NCBI GenBank assembly: GCA_973895155.1
Contig: OZ316898.1
Span: 20,657,292 to 20,721,291 of the forward strand
Length of the DNA stretch: 64,000 bases
From: Marsupella aquatica
Taxonomy: Eukaryota > Plantae > Marchantiophyta
Direction: 5' to 3'
A model generated the notes under the pieces. It saw only the letters and a program-made list of their open reading frames with translations, searched no databases and was not told the origin of the DNA. Positions 21,780 through 35,591 of this stretch are shown piece by piece (the first letter of the stretch is position 1; each line of letters opens with the position of its first letter). The position numbers and the translations under genes were made by a program.

Positions 21780-24596
21780 GTATGAACCTTCCCGTACTTG
21801 TCAATTGATGTTGCTTTCTACTCTGAACCCTGTCTCTCGGATGCGGACTACGATATGGATTGCATAAGTTGTTGCCTTCCTACCGGTGATGAAATGTGCC
21901 AAGTCATTCTCTTTGTTCCCTCCTTTGAGCTCAAGCAGGGCTTGTAATTCAAAATTGTGTCACTCGGTTTGCATGTGTCATGGAACTTTACCAAAATATA
22001 TATCTTTTATAAGTAAAATAGGTTATTAATATTGAAAATGGAGAATGTTCTTGAAATATTTGCTTTATAAAATAGGTCTATTTATAATAGGCTAGGATCG
22101 CATGTAGTACCCCAGAATATACACTTAGTTATCCCAAGGGCAATTCACATAAAATAAACCAGTTCTACCTTATCAAATGCAGGGTTATTGTGGATATTGA
22201 GATGGTTGTTGATTTAAAAAGGAAGATAACTGTTCATGTTTCTAAAGTTGCTTATGACCTATTGAGGTTATCCCAAAGAAATGCTTCTAAGGATTCCATA
22301 TCTAGAAGCCGTTTCACACTCAACATAGCATCACCATTTAGGATTTTCACAACTTAAAAGAAAAAATTACTTTAATACACAGGTCTCTTCATTTTGTGAG
22401 CAGTCATTGATCCAGTTTCTTCAAACAAAAAGCTAGCATGACAAAGAATGTAACTCATGTGCATATGCATTTGCATGTGGGACAAGTTTGAGGGATTAAC
22501 TTAGTGTATATTTTGAGATACCAAACAAAAAGCTAGTAGGATAAAAAAATAGAACTGATGGCTGACGAGACAAGCTTATTGGATTATTTATTATATTTTG
22601 GAATGCCATGTGCAATCATAGCCTAATATAAACACTCAAATTTATGAAAAAATATTAAAGGCATATAATCTATTCTTAAATTTAGTGATATATTTACTTC
22701 AGAAAATATATGTATATGTAATTTTTTTACATTTAACAATATGAGGTTTTTTTTTGTCTCCTATTTGATTTAAAATATTAGCTAATTTTCACCAAAAATA
22801 AATTTCAAAGTTGTCACCCCCAGTGCAACAAACCAATAGCAAAACAGAGCATTGAGCTCCAAGAAGTACCTATAAAATGTGAACAAACCAAATCATGCAC
22901 TTGCATAGAGCACTAGAGAAGACAATGTAGAAGAGGCTAAACCAACACCTTTGATGTGCCATTTCCTATTCTTTATGTTTTTTGGTCATCTTTGTGCTTT
23001 GTTTGTCCAATGTCTTTTGTAATGCAGTTGCATATATTTTAACTCATAGTTTGATGTAATTGTAATGCAATTGCATGTCTTGTATAGTGGTAGTTTTTGA
23101 CTGCATAAAATCTAATTTATATTATATTTGTTAATTATTACATGAAATAGGAGGATGATCTTTGTGCTTTTGACAGCTATTATAAGGTGTTGGAGAAAAA
23201 GATGGAAGGAAACAATTGTAGGAAGCATAAAATATGCACAAAATTTGAGCTTTATAATGCATAACATTATGGATTTTCCACATTGGTTTAATAAAAATAG
23301 GTGTGTAAGGTTCTAGCATATGTTGTAAATTATTATTTTTGTTGAAAGTGACCCTAATTGTGCTCTGTATCAGTTTGCAAGGCTGAAGTGATTCCAAAAA
23401 TTCTAGTCTCATTTGGTATTTTAATGAAGCGATGAGAATAGGTTGAGCAATTTTGGATAGAGCGGATGCACAATAATATCCAGGAGAAAAAACAAGTAGT
23501 CTTTTGAGTAATGACTTTTATAATTTTTGTAAAATTTATTTTATGGGTGTATTTACTATTATGTTGTCAGAATATTCTCTATACAAATCTATACTTCTAT
23601 TAATATTAGTTAGTTTTTTGTAGTGTGCTTGTTCTAAGTATTTTTGTTTTATTTCGTGAAAGGTTCTCTGTGAAAAATTTCATAGTCATTTGAGGCATTA
23701 AAACCTTAAGATATTTATCAAATGGAAAGAACAATTGGCAAGACCGATAACATAGAGAATAAACATGGCGGAAGATTTTGTGACCTTGCGGGCTTTGTAG
23801 CTTGTGCACAATAAAATTCTATGTGATTCATAACATAGAGAATAGACATGGAGGAAGATTCAGTGACCTTGTGGGGCTCTGTAACAGTGCATGCCAATAT
23901 TTAGCATCTTGAACGATATTATTCGATATGATGTTGTTGATTCTCTCATTATTAGTCTTCTATAGGGTGAGTTTTTTTCATGAAAATGAGTTTTTTAGTT
24001 TGCTTTAACCTTTAACCCACATAGAGGAAAAGAATGTACTCAAATAGATCTGATGGATATTGCAGTTTGACATTGACAAATGAAGAAACAATAATGGATG
24101 CATTCAAATGACTTACCATCACAAGAGCATAAAAGAGATGGAAGAGAGAGTGAAGAGATACTACAAAGACTTGAAACAAATATTGTGTTAGTTGATTGAT
24201 TTTAAGATGTGATTCCACTATAATGCAAATTATATTTTAATATTGGATAATCCAGTATGGTGGGCCATCAGATCACTTAGGGTCTTCACTTATTTTCTTC
24301 CTACCCATCATGTCGATCATCACACGCAAAAATCTACATTTTTTTTATTGAGTTGAGGTATTTAGATATTTGTAGAAAAACATCAGGGTTTTTAAAAACA
24401 ATTTTGAGAAATACAAGAAAATTTGAAATTAAAAAAATAAAATTTGGAAAATGTTGCAAAAAAAATAGGGATAAAAATTATTTCTAAAATTTGTTTTTCA
24501 CACTTTGAGAAGTTTACTAGCCAAGATTAGTGCACTTGATATGAAACTCTTTTTTGAGTGAGGCTTCAACCTACCATGATCATTGAGACCGGCACC

Positions 24597-24905
24597 CTAT
24601 TCATTAAAAGTGTATTTTATTTTGTTCACTTTTTGGTCTCTAAATGTACACTTTCTAAACCCAAAAGGTACACTATGGTATAATACTCTACACCTAATTG
24701 ATCAATTGTAACCTTGAGGTGACAAAAATGATCTTGACTAGAAAGAGTCTCATCCTAGTTCATTTACAAAAGATGAACATGGTGGTACATCTGATGGCCA
24801 TCAACTTTGTTTCTTGCCTAATTGTACACTTTTTGAAGGCCAAATATACACTTTCTGTTGCCAAAATGTTCATAAATTGAATAATAATTCACTTTTAATG
24901 AATAG
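24597..24905. mobile_element. MITE-like element with a perfect 16-bp inverted repeat
   Basis: ctattcattaaaagtg (24597-24612) and cacttttaatgaatag (24890-24905), with an AT-rich interior. No clear TSD. Confidence 0.6.
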
Positions 24906-27900
24906 ATTGAATCTACATTGCATGCTATCTACATACAACTATCCTATTTTTGTTATAAACCTTGTATAGTTTGACCAATCCCAATATTCCATGACATTTT
25001 TGATCTGCAACTATCAGTTTGGAGGAGATGTGAGGTCGTTATGATCCTACTTAGTACTTCCATGAGACCTTCTTTTATCAACGGCCATTGTGCACTCGTT
25101 TTCTGTCACTAGGTACTAGGCATTGGGCTTCAATCAACAACCTGAAGGTATTGACAAAACCCAAGCATCGACAAAAGCCCAAGCATCAACAAAACCCGAG
25201 CACTTCCTTCCCGCAACACAAAGAATCAAAGAAAAACCATTGTCAGGTAGTGGCGACAACCATAAACCCCTCACAACACACGAATACATAATGCAATATG
25301 TCTTCATGGCTAAAGCCAGCCCACCCTATTTAGAACCCCGTTGTGGTCAACTACGTAGTTTGGCACCTTATAAGAAGAGTGAGTACACCTCATTAAGAGG
25401 GGGCCTTTTAGGTATAAAAAGTTTTGTGGGGGCCTATTAGGTTAAAAATGTTTCATAGAGGCCCATCATGTAAGAAGTTTCACCAGAGGGCCCATCAAGC
25501 ATATATCTTGCACTTGTACTTTTACTAGTCATTTTGTAACATTAGCCCAATGTGGACTGCACAAAAGATGTTGAAGTGCACTAGTACTTTTACTAGTCAT
25601 TTTGTAAGATTAACCCAATGTGGATTTGCACAAAAGATGTTGAAGTGAGAAAAGATGTCAAGGTGAACAAAAATATTGTGGGTTTTATGCATGTGTGGAA
25701 ATGAACTTCACTTGTATTCCATTCTATTTTGTTTGTTATTTTGATGTGTGCCCATGATTGGATGTGTGTGACAAGCCATGTATATTATGTAATAACTAAT
25801 GTGTATGAGCATGACAGTCTGGTCAAAGGGAGAAGCAATATGTGCACCATAGGAGGGGAGGAGAGGACAAGGAGGAAAATAATGCAGGGCCTTGGGATAG
25901 TATCCAAGAACACTAGGTGATGGGAAACCCCTTTGCAAGCATTACCACTAAAAAAATATTGTAAACACTGAACAAATTTCAGTGAAAATCTGTAGTTTGG
26001 AATGACAATGAAAGGGCAATGAAACAACACAAATCCATTTAAGAGCGAGTTAGACCAAAAATGACATCTCAACAATAAAACCACAATGATTTGACATGGT
26101 AAACAGCAACAACACGACCACAACAATGACCATTGGAAGTATAAAACTTTTGCAACAACTTGGCCTGGACAACAACACCTCCACAACAACAAATAATGCT
26201 GAAACAACCACCTGATTGAAACGACAAAACATCCAGAATCGAACATGACTCCCCTAATCGAAACAATGTCACTTGTACAACAACGACTACAATTGTGCAA
26301 AGCACTGGCAGGTGGCACTAAGGTAATAAAGAAAACTCGGTGGTACTAAAGATAATAAAGAAAAACTCAGTGTGCCCACGGCTGCCACAAAGGAACAGTG
26401 TTCTGTCGTGAGGGAAAAGGAAAGCCCTTCGCCAGAAAAGTCCTTCGTAAGTAAATCGGGGCCGACGAGATGGCGTGACTCTGGGATTCGAAGTCCTTTA
26501 CGCTATGCTACGTGGCCGTTAGATGGAGAATCGGACGGCCCTCAGCCCGAGAAGTAGCATGCTGTCCCCCCGGGAGGAGAATTTGGGCCCATACCATGGC
26601 AGTTCCGAAGAAAGTGGCAGGACCGGCTTGGACTGAGGAGAGGAGAGGAGAGGAGAGATGGGGTGTACAGATTTTGGGAGAGGAGTGTGAATGAAGTGCA
26701 GCTGGAGGGCGAGGCCGCCCGCCTTCTGAACTGAATCAAACAGTGGGAGATTACCGGACCTTGCACGCCATCATGATTGCTATGAACGACGCAGAAGGAA
26801 TGACGAGGGGTTTGACAGATTGACGAGAGAAGTGGGGCTTCTGGCCGTATCAAATTGTTCGGATGCTCCATCAGGTAAATTGGGTCAGCTTTTTTGATTG
26901 TAGAGCCGTTTTCTTTGTTTTTGGATGTCATGCTGAGGAGAGGAAGAGAGGGGAGGAGACGATACGAGATAAACAACGAATGAATGAATGGTTGTGAAGG
27001 GCAAGCCTCTCAGGTCAGCACTGTCCAAATTGGGGGAAGAGGTTTATCGTTAATTCATCTGAGAACTTGACCTGGAGAGGAGGACTATCAAATTAGGTTT
27101 GTGGTCGTAGAAGGAAAGAGTTTGGGAGTCGGGAAGGAAATTAAGGGAAAGGAAAGCCGTCGGAAGAGAAGAGAGGCGAAGATCGGTGGGACGTCTGATG
27201 AATTGTGTTTCTTTCTGGAGAGTAGTCTAGGGGTGCAAGGTCAGAAGAGCTATGTGATTTTGCGTGTGATATTTCCTTTTAGGAATTTGCTAGGCTTAGA
27301 GAGTGCAGGAATCGGAATTGAGTAATGGAGAGTAAGACTTGCTGTTTTTCCGGGTGGTGGGTTATTTGGGGTGGAAATCCAGAATCAATTGGAGACTAGT
27401 GCTGTATAGAGCACGAGCTACATTGAGTCGCGCATGTTTTCGGAGGATTTTTTTTCTCCAGACAGCGATGACAAGGGCAGGAAGAATGAACGAATGAATT
27501 AGAGCCCTTGCAGATTTGCATGCCTCTTGAGCTTCTTGTGGTAGCACCCTTTGGGTAGTTGACCTTCCATTCCCTTGCTCCTACTTGTTTACCTTAATGT
27601 TTGTGGGGTAGCAGATTCTTATTTCTGCAACGGCTAGGGACTCCAGCTGTATGCTCTTTTGAGCCATCACCGTTCCAGACAGTGTGTAGCAAACAGTGAG
27701 ATTTGAGGAAAGGGAGTGATCGAATATATTTGTAGAGGTTTAAGGAGGCAAGGGGACAGAGAAAGACTCTTCTTGATGGATGGATGTCAATGAGCACTTA
27801 GGGTTTGAGAGATGAAACCGAGGAATTATTCGTTGACCTTTAAGTGACGACAACTAGAATATGTGAAGTTCTTTCTTGAGACAATCGCAGAGGAAGCGAG

Positions 27901-28080
27901 CAGGAAGGACGCCGGAGCTGATAGGCCCTTCTTTCGTTGCATTAGGCAGGGATATTGCATGAGGGCCGAACAGCAAGAGTTAGCCAGCCTGGCGTAGGAA
28001 GGCCGTGACCCTGGTCTGCATGGCGCATGAACTGCTGCCGTTGAAAACGAACGGAAGATTGATGCACGCAGATGTACCAG

Positions 28081-31000
28081 ATGGCAAGAAGGAGTTATGC
28101 TTGTGGGATCTGCGAGTCTGTGAATCACCCGGCCGCTTGCACCAATTGCATCAACCCCAGGTTCGTAGTTATACCTTGCGTTTGCTCATTTGCTCTGCAG
28201 ATTGGCGTGCGGGATGTCATGCAGATTGTAAATGCGTTCCTGCGATGGTCAAGAGAAGAATTGCTGATGAGATTGATCCTGTTACGGTATTCACAGATTG
28301 GTGGAGAGGTACAAGGTTTTGAAGCGGTTGTCTCAGCAACGTGATTCTTCACGCCGCCGGTTGGATGTGCAGCTGCTAGCCAAGGTAAGAGAAAACAAGA
28401 ATTGCACCCTTGGCTTGGTGTGTTCATGAGTCCTCAAGTCAGCTATGGAGGTTTCCGAGAGGAAAGATCTATTGTGTTGTAATGTTTGAAAGGAAGGGGC
28501 CAGAGGACGGGCAAAATTTTTACAATCCCGGACACTGCGAACGTTGAGAAGCTCTGGCCTGAAACCATCCGTAGTTGTTTTCTGACGAAGCATTTTCATG
28601 TGGATGCAGCGGGAAGCGGAGCTGCAGCGCCACTGGAGGGCTGAACATGCAGATCGTAAGACTAAGCTTCGCGAGCAGCTTCGCATCGCCACTCTCGAAT
28701 TGAGAGAAGGTTGGGATTCCATCAAAATCCGCATGTTGAAATTGTTTGTTGATGCGTTTTCGCTGTTGTAGAGGTGTGGAGAAGCTGCACTAGGTTTTTG
28801 GACGTTAGTTACTGTACCGAATTTGGAATCTGCCCGAGTGGCAATGTAAGGTCAGACATGTCTTGGATTTTAGAGCAAGTCGTCTTATCTCGGGCTTGTC
28901 TTTCAGCAAAGTCAAAAGGGGAACAGCAACAGCGTCAACTCGACGCTCAAACTACGTCCTTGGCTTCTGCTTCTTCTGAGGTACTGTGAGGACATTCGTT
29001 TTGGTTGTTGCAATTGTCAATGTAGTCCATCCATTTGCCAACGAAAAGTGAATGATTAGAACAGAACCAGAACAGAGGTGAGTCATAATGATGTTTCCCG
29101 GGTATAGGCTACAGATGAAACTCATTGGCGCTGTGCTAATTGTAGCCTCTTAATTGTCTTTGCAGTACTTCTCCATCACACATTTATAATCGTTGGACAT
29201 TGAAAAGCCGTAACTCTAATGTCGCAGACGTGATCATGGTTACTTCTGGTGTTGTGCAGCTCGCAGTTAAACAGGTTGAGCATCTTGGACAATATTATCC
29301 CGACCTTATCCGTGCACATAATCTCGGTCTTGTGAGTAGCACAACTTCCTTTTGCATATTACTGCGTGCCTTGTATTATGATAGCGGCATTGAGGTTTTA
29401 ACACCGAGACCTTAAAGTCGTTTGGAAATCACTGTTTAGTTTTGATTAAGAGATTGTATGAGGAAGCTGACTTGTACACTGTGGTGTTGTAGTCGTCTGT
29501 CTCTGCAGAGCTGTTCCAGAAGAGGAGGATGGTAATTCGACAACTATGCAAAATATTGCCTCTTCGCCGTGGTGCAGTAAGTTCCAGCAAAAGGACACCC
29601 GTACACCATCTGAAAACTTTTGACTTGAATTTCCACCCAAAATTGAAATTGGAGAATGATATCAGATATTTGTTGCGGTAACAAGGTTTCAAAGGAAAGT
29701 TCAGGTTGTTGGGTTGGAGCAGCTTTCTTTGCAGTTTGACGTGGTGAACAGGGTTGTTTAAGTCGTAAGTGAAACATAAAGGGGCCTTAAATACTGTTGT
29801 GGGTTAATTACCTTTGCGAATCAGGGTCCGGCCGATGATCGAGAAAAGTGGGAAGCGTCCGGAGCAACACAGCCGGTTCGCATCTGTGGGGTTCAACTGC
29901 CAGTTGGTGATGATTTTGCATCGCTCCCAGCGCTGGAACTTGCTGCATCCCTGGGGTCAGTGTTCCCAAAGTTGTGACTGCTTGATATCTTTTCAATCCT
30001 CACAAGTGGTACTGTGCCCTCGTTGGCAGGCTTCCCCAGTCGCAGGGTTGAAACATTTCCGGAATCTATATCGACTTCCAATTTGAGATTTTGCATTCCG
30101 CTTTTGGAGGTCTTAGTTTTCTGATTTCTTTCATGATGTTAGGGGTCGTTGGTATTTCGGAACGTTTCAGGGGGAGGATTTAAACTTTATCGTCCGGTTG
30201 GCAGGTACATGGTGCAACTAGTGAATTTCGCTGCACGCTATTTATCTGCGCCACTCCTTCACAGTGCTGGCTTTGCAGTAAGTGGGAAACTTCTCTTGAG
30301 TTTCAAGGACTGGCGTTTGATGTTCTCGTTCCCAACTGTAGCCTGTTGATACCAAGTCATATCTGTCTTAATATTCTGTCTAGAACATTCTATTTTATTC
30401 CGCTTCTTAGATAGGACTCCTTTCCCGTGACCCTTAAAATCATTGTTGGAGCACGAAGTTTTTTTCAAGTATTATAAATCATAAATTACTCCATATCTGC
30501 TGCTGGATATGGACTCAATCTCACGTACAGGTGTCATATGCGGTGAACTATATGTACATGAGATTGCGAATTGCAGAGCTGACAATTATATTATGACGTG
30601 TTGTTTAGGCTTCATCTTCCCGAGTGTGGCAGAGAGGTTCATATTTTGACCCTCGTCCGGCGATCCGAAGGTATGTTAGATCCTTCACGTGACTTAAGTC
30701 ATGCAAAGTGATGTCTCGTAGTGAGATGTTCAATGTAATGCAAATTTGTTTTGGTACATCAGGAGGGCAACTCTAATTCTTTACATTGTCAATGCACCGC
30801 CAGTGAGGAATATCCCCTCTTTCTACCCAGAGAAACCACTACCGAGGAAAGTAGGGAGCCCGGGACGAAGAGCAGCGGTAGCAGTGATTTGGGTTTCTCG
30901 ACTATGGATGGCTCTAGAAGCAATGCTCTCGATAACAGTTTACACAGCCCTCGATCAAGCAGCGCTGTTGGTGGTGCACGTCAAACACACAGGGATTTGC

Positions 31001-32852
31001 AGAGGGGAATCAAGTTGTTGAAGAGAAGTGTTGCTTGTATAACTGCCTATGGCTACGCAGTACTGTCTTTGCCAGTTCCGTCAGACATGTCTACATTTGA
31101 GGTCTTTTCGGAGCTTTTAGCCGCTCTGGTGTCCAAGGAGCCACGCGGAAGGTTCCTCTCTGGCTCTCGCTTTTCTTTTCTTCTCAGTCCTGTCAGTTCT
31201 TATCCTAAAGTCTATCGGTGATGTGTTGGGAACTGGACAGAGATATTCATTTCATGAACGATGTGTATGATGCGAGTGAAAGGTCGCTGTGGGCTGTAGT
31301 TGGCGAAAGTACTTAATGATTGTTTTTCTAGGAAGAAGTGCTAGTTCTCACTGCTGATAAGATTGAGATGCTCGTTCATCTCGCTGACTTATGCTCCTAT
31401 CTCCCTGTGCCTTCAATTTACTTCCTTTTAGTAGTGGTGGTATGAGTCTCGTTCACATTCAGATGAAATCTATCCTATACGTACATAATTTCTCGTCCGA
31501 TTGCGCTGCCAGCTATCCTGAATCGGATCATAAGCTCTGGACCGCAAGTCGTGTTAAGTGTCCCCCTTGTTAGCTCCTAGAAGTAGTAGTACACTATCCC
31601 ATAGTGAAGTGGCTTTCATACTGGGTTTGCTAACGCATATCTGATCCTAGTGGCCCTGGGACGTTCTTTCAGGTCTAGCAGAGGTAGCCAACAGCCTAAC
31701 GGCCGATTTGGTCTTTCAGAAGGTCTGCTTCTTAAACGCCTGGGAAGCTGCCCACCGAACATGTTGGAAGAAAGCAAACCAGCTAGTGAACTTCTGGTAC
31801 CATTTCCCAGCTCCACTTTCTCACCAATTTTGGTATGCCCTTTATGAAAGAGTGACCAGTGTATATTAAATGTACAGTGTCTCCTGGTGCATCTGGAGTG
31901 GGAGCAAAGGGAACAAACAATTAGCATGTACAGCAGTATCTCTAGTGTCTCTGAAGAAGAATCACTGAACGATTCCTTCAAATATATTAGGAGCATCATC
32001 CCTGCCTTTTGCGGACCAGACACTTTCCTCCGAATCATCTCCGAACGGTCTGCTTATTACAGGGCAACCCACATTTGGCTAAAACTGGTCTCATTTTGAA
32101 CAGCAAATGCTTTTCTATTTTTGACTCAGGTTCTGGGAACCCCATTTTCAACCTCTTTCTCTTGGACTGTTGGAATCGCTATCAGTTGTGTGCTGGCAGT
32201 CATGCCACTCGTACGGCAATGCAGCATGGGGTCAGAATCTGAGATATTGGTTCCAACATAAGTGAATGCAATTTGCTTCAGCCTACATGTCATTGTAAGG
32301 TGTTGACTTATCCCAGGCATGCCCGCTAACAGCTGTTCGACCAGTCTGTTCTCACAATTATTTTCTGGGTATCTTGTTTTTTGTCAACAAGTTCCTCGAC
32401 AATGTAACTCCAATTTTTATTCAATACATAGGTGAAGATATAAGCGTGGCTTGAAGCTAAAGTCAGTTGAGTAGGGTTTGTGACCTAAATCAATGGTTTT
32501 TATGAAGGACAGTAAACTAAAAAAGCGTTGTTCAGCGAGGTTGAAGATCACTCTGTCCCAGAACGCGGTGCTTAAAGTTGTACGCTACCACCATAGCAAT
32601 CTTGTTTTATTTCTGATGTGTAGGCCATTGCTCTTTTGACAGGATCGTGCGAAGACGTCTTTAAAAGGGAAGGTGAATAGCTGGAATGACTTGCTCGATA
32701 TCGAGGGCTCGGAGCAACTGGAGGGAAAGCTTTCTGAAAGCCTCTATGATGGATGGGATCTGGTGGAGCACCCAACACTGCCGCCTCCGCCATCTCATTC
32801 AGAGGATGTTGAGCATTGGACACGGGCTATGTTTATCGATGCTACCAAGTGA
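28081..32852 (+). CDS. ATG14: Autophagy-related protein 14 (class III PI3K complex I subunit), 12 exons
   Basis: Hand-derived exons with consistent phases: 28081-28160, 28297-28384, 28610-28709, 28907-28980, 29260-29331, 29493-29576, 29825-29955, 30205-30277, 30609-30670, 30804-31151, 31673-31796, 32643-32852. N-terminal CGIC..ACTNC, a coiled coil, ELAASLGYMVQLVN, EYPLFLPR, HRDLQRGIKLLKRSVACITAY and C-terminal GWDLVEHPTLPPPPSHSEDVEHWTRAMFIDA all match plant ATG14. Exon 11 is the least certain. Confidence 0.93.
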
Positions 32853-34062
32853 CCAAACTGTAGATATGGAACAGGGTTTGGAGTTAGAAACAGGGGACGA
32901 CAGTTGGAAGTCTTTCATGTGTAAAATAATTTTGTGAATAATTTTTTATGGAAGAAATGCGCGTACGGGAAGTTGGTCCTTAAGCAGGCAGTGGCCTCTT
33001 TACTGCATGGGGCTACTATAGCCGGGCATTCATGTTCATCCCTATTGGTATCGTGTCAGGTCCAAGGTTAACTTTCTATCCTGATTCTGGGTCTCTGCGC
33101 TTTTATGTCTCTGTTGATTGGATGCCCCTCAGTGGTCATTTGCTGAATCCTTACATTTGGGTCTCTAGTCAGCAATCAAGATGTTCAGACATTAGGAGTA
33201 TCGTGGCTCGACTTGGATAAGCGATGAGGGGGCGTTTGACAGGTGAGCATCTTATCATTTGTTGTTTAGGTTAGTAGAAGTTATTCAGTCTGTAGACCGA
33301 ATACAAAGCCCGGCGGGAAAGAGAAGCGTCCCTTAGGCATCAACCTTCGGCGAGTTCCAGGTGGAGCTTCGAATTAACGAACTGCACAATCCTACTCGAT
33401 GGCAATTAAGATTCTGGGGCTGCCGTTGTGAGTTCTGTAGTTTTATTTGTAAACCAACAAACAGAGCGAAACATTTGGGGGTAACTTGCTGAAAATTGGA
33501 AGTTGTTAACACTAGATGCATTTTCGAATGGCAAAGAGTAGAAGGTGGACATAGGGTAGGCATGCCCTAGGCTGAGGAGAGAGCGATATTTAGTGGACTC
33601 TCTTAGAAAATGTTGCATAGAGCAGTTCAAGTAAAACGGTCTTGAGATAGCTCTCAAAAGAGTTTTTTGCAAGCCTGGAACTGGTGGGGCGGATGTGCCT
33701 CTTTCCACTTTTTGGGATTAGTTTTTTTGAATAGAATTCAACAACAGACCGAGCAGATTGGCTCCCTGCAAACTTATTCAAATTATATGTTCGATTCCTC
33801 GTAGAAGTAGACTTTTGTGGGTGGAATCATGAATTTACGAAATTAAAGCAACGCTTTCTCGTGAATTTCGCGGTACGGATTTGTTACGTTGGTGTCACCT
33901 TCATTCTAGGCTCATCACCCAGAGGAACCTCTGTGGTGAGTAGCGAGGGGAACAGTGCCAACCTTTAACAGGCTTACATTCAGATATGTCGTCTTCCTGG
34001 GGTGACGGCATGCAAGCTCTTCAGGGGGTGTCGATATTGGTATGTCGATACCCAGACTGACG

Positions 34063-34545
34063 TCGTTGGTCCCTTGCATGAGAGTAGGGAGTCCCGAGAG
34101 ACGAGTTAAGAGGGACTCTCGGTTTTGTGGTGTCTGTTTGGTCGTCTTGGGTCTCTCTTTTCGCCTCTTTCTCCCTCCTTTATTGGGTCATTGGTCGCTT
34201 GCATGAGAGTAGGGAACCCAGAGCACGAGTTCAGAGGGACGCTCTGGTTTGTGGGGTCTCTTTGGTCTTTTTGTGGTCTGTCCTTTCTCCTCTTTCTCCC
34301 CTTCTTTATTGGGTCTTCCACCCTTTGGATCCTGTGTCCTGCTTTGGCAATTTTGTTCTTTGGCAGTGGCCAGAGCACGAGTTCAGAGAGACTCTCTGGG
34401 TTGTAGGGTCGCTTTGGTCTTCTTGCGGTCTGTCCTTTCTCCTCTTTCTCCCCCTCTTTATTGGGTCTTCCACCCTTTGGATCCTTCTTTATTGGGTCTT
34501 CCACCCTTTGGATCCTGTGTCATGCATTTTTGTTCTTTGGCAGTG
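34063..34545. repeat. Degenerate tandem repeat, 3 units of about 125-150 bp
   Basis: Recurring gagcacgagttcagag..., ctttctcctctttctcccc..ctttattgggtcttccaccctttggatcc. A related fragment lies at about 49600-49700. Confidence 0.85.
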
Positions 34546-35591
34546 CGATATGTTTCCCACACTACAGCTGTTGCCTTGAAGACTAAGGTTTGAAAGACTC
34601 AGGAAATTTAAACCTTTCGAACCTGAGTAATTGAAAGCTGAAACATTCCAGATCATGAATTCATCAATCCAGGACTGCGTAAATACTATATCCCGTTGGG
34701 AATCTATGATACCTAGACCAAAAAGGTCATCTCCTCAGTAGTTGATGAGGCCAAAGTTTTCCGATGCTGTCAGATGGTATCACAATTATAAAAATATGTC
34801 CGAAGGATTTCAGGATCGATAACGAATTGAATCTCGTGAACAGAAGTGTCAGTGGGCCCTCAAGTTGTACCACCATGCTGTTTGAGGACATTATTTTTGT
34901 GTACCCAAAATAATCGAGATCTACCAGTAAATCAATGGACATTTATTGGCCATAACTTCTCAAGACACAAGTAACTGTCGGACGAGTCTCTGTGTTGCCC
35001 ATGAGCACCCAGACATAAAAACCATTGTGGATGTCGAAACCGGAAGGATAAGCTGTATCTTCTTTGTTTATCAATGCAGTGGGCCGATCACTGACTCCAG
35101 AATTCTGAAAACACCATCTATAGTGAAACTTACGGCTCCCTTCAATGTAACCCATCGATAACTGAGTTGTCACTCCAACTTTGTTCACACTCTTTTTACG
35201 AAATGACTCTTCGAATATAGTCTAGAATCGAAGAAGAAACGTCAAGAAAAGCTTCATCATAAACGTCTTGAACACGTACTATAGTGGATCCCATGTTGAC
35301 CTGGGAACAACTAAACGGAAACTTCCTGAGAGAGGAAGAAAACAGTGATTGGAAAGGGATTCAATCGGATGTTTCAGGGCAAGAAAGAAGAAGAGCAAGT
35401 GAAGGCAATGCATGAATTGATGTCAATGTTGACACAGGTGAGTTTACTTACTTACACCATGGCTTTCGAGGCTTGGTCTCTGATGGGAAAAGCTGTGAAA
35501 CTCCCCGTATAGGATGCCATTCCCCAAAGCAATATTCACAATTCTTTCTAAATGCTCGATGCCTCAACCTACCCATCTCATCGATACTTCA

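Noticed and set aside
26627-26645. miR319-like CTTGGACTGA seed
   Set aside because: The match breaks after 10 nt and there is no precursor hairpin.
34700-35300. Possible decayed coding sequence on the minus strand
   Set aside because: Multiple stops and no motif that I can assign without a translated search.
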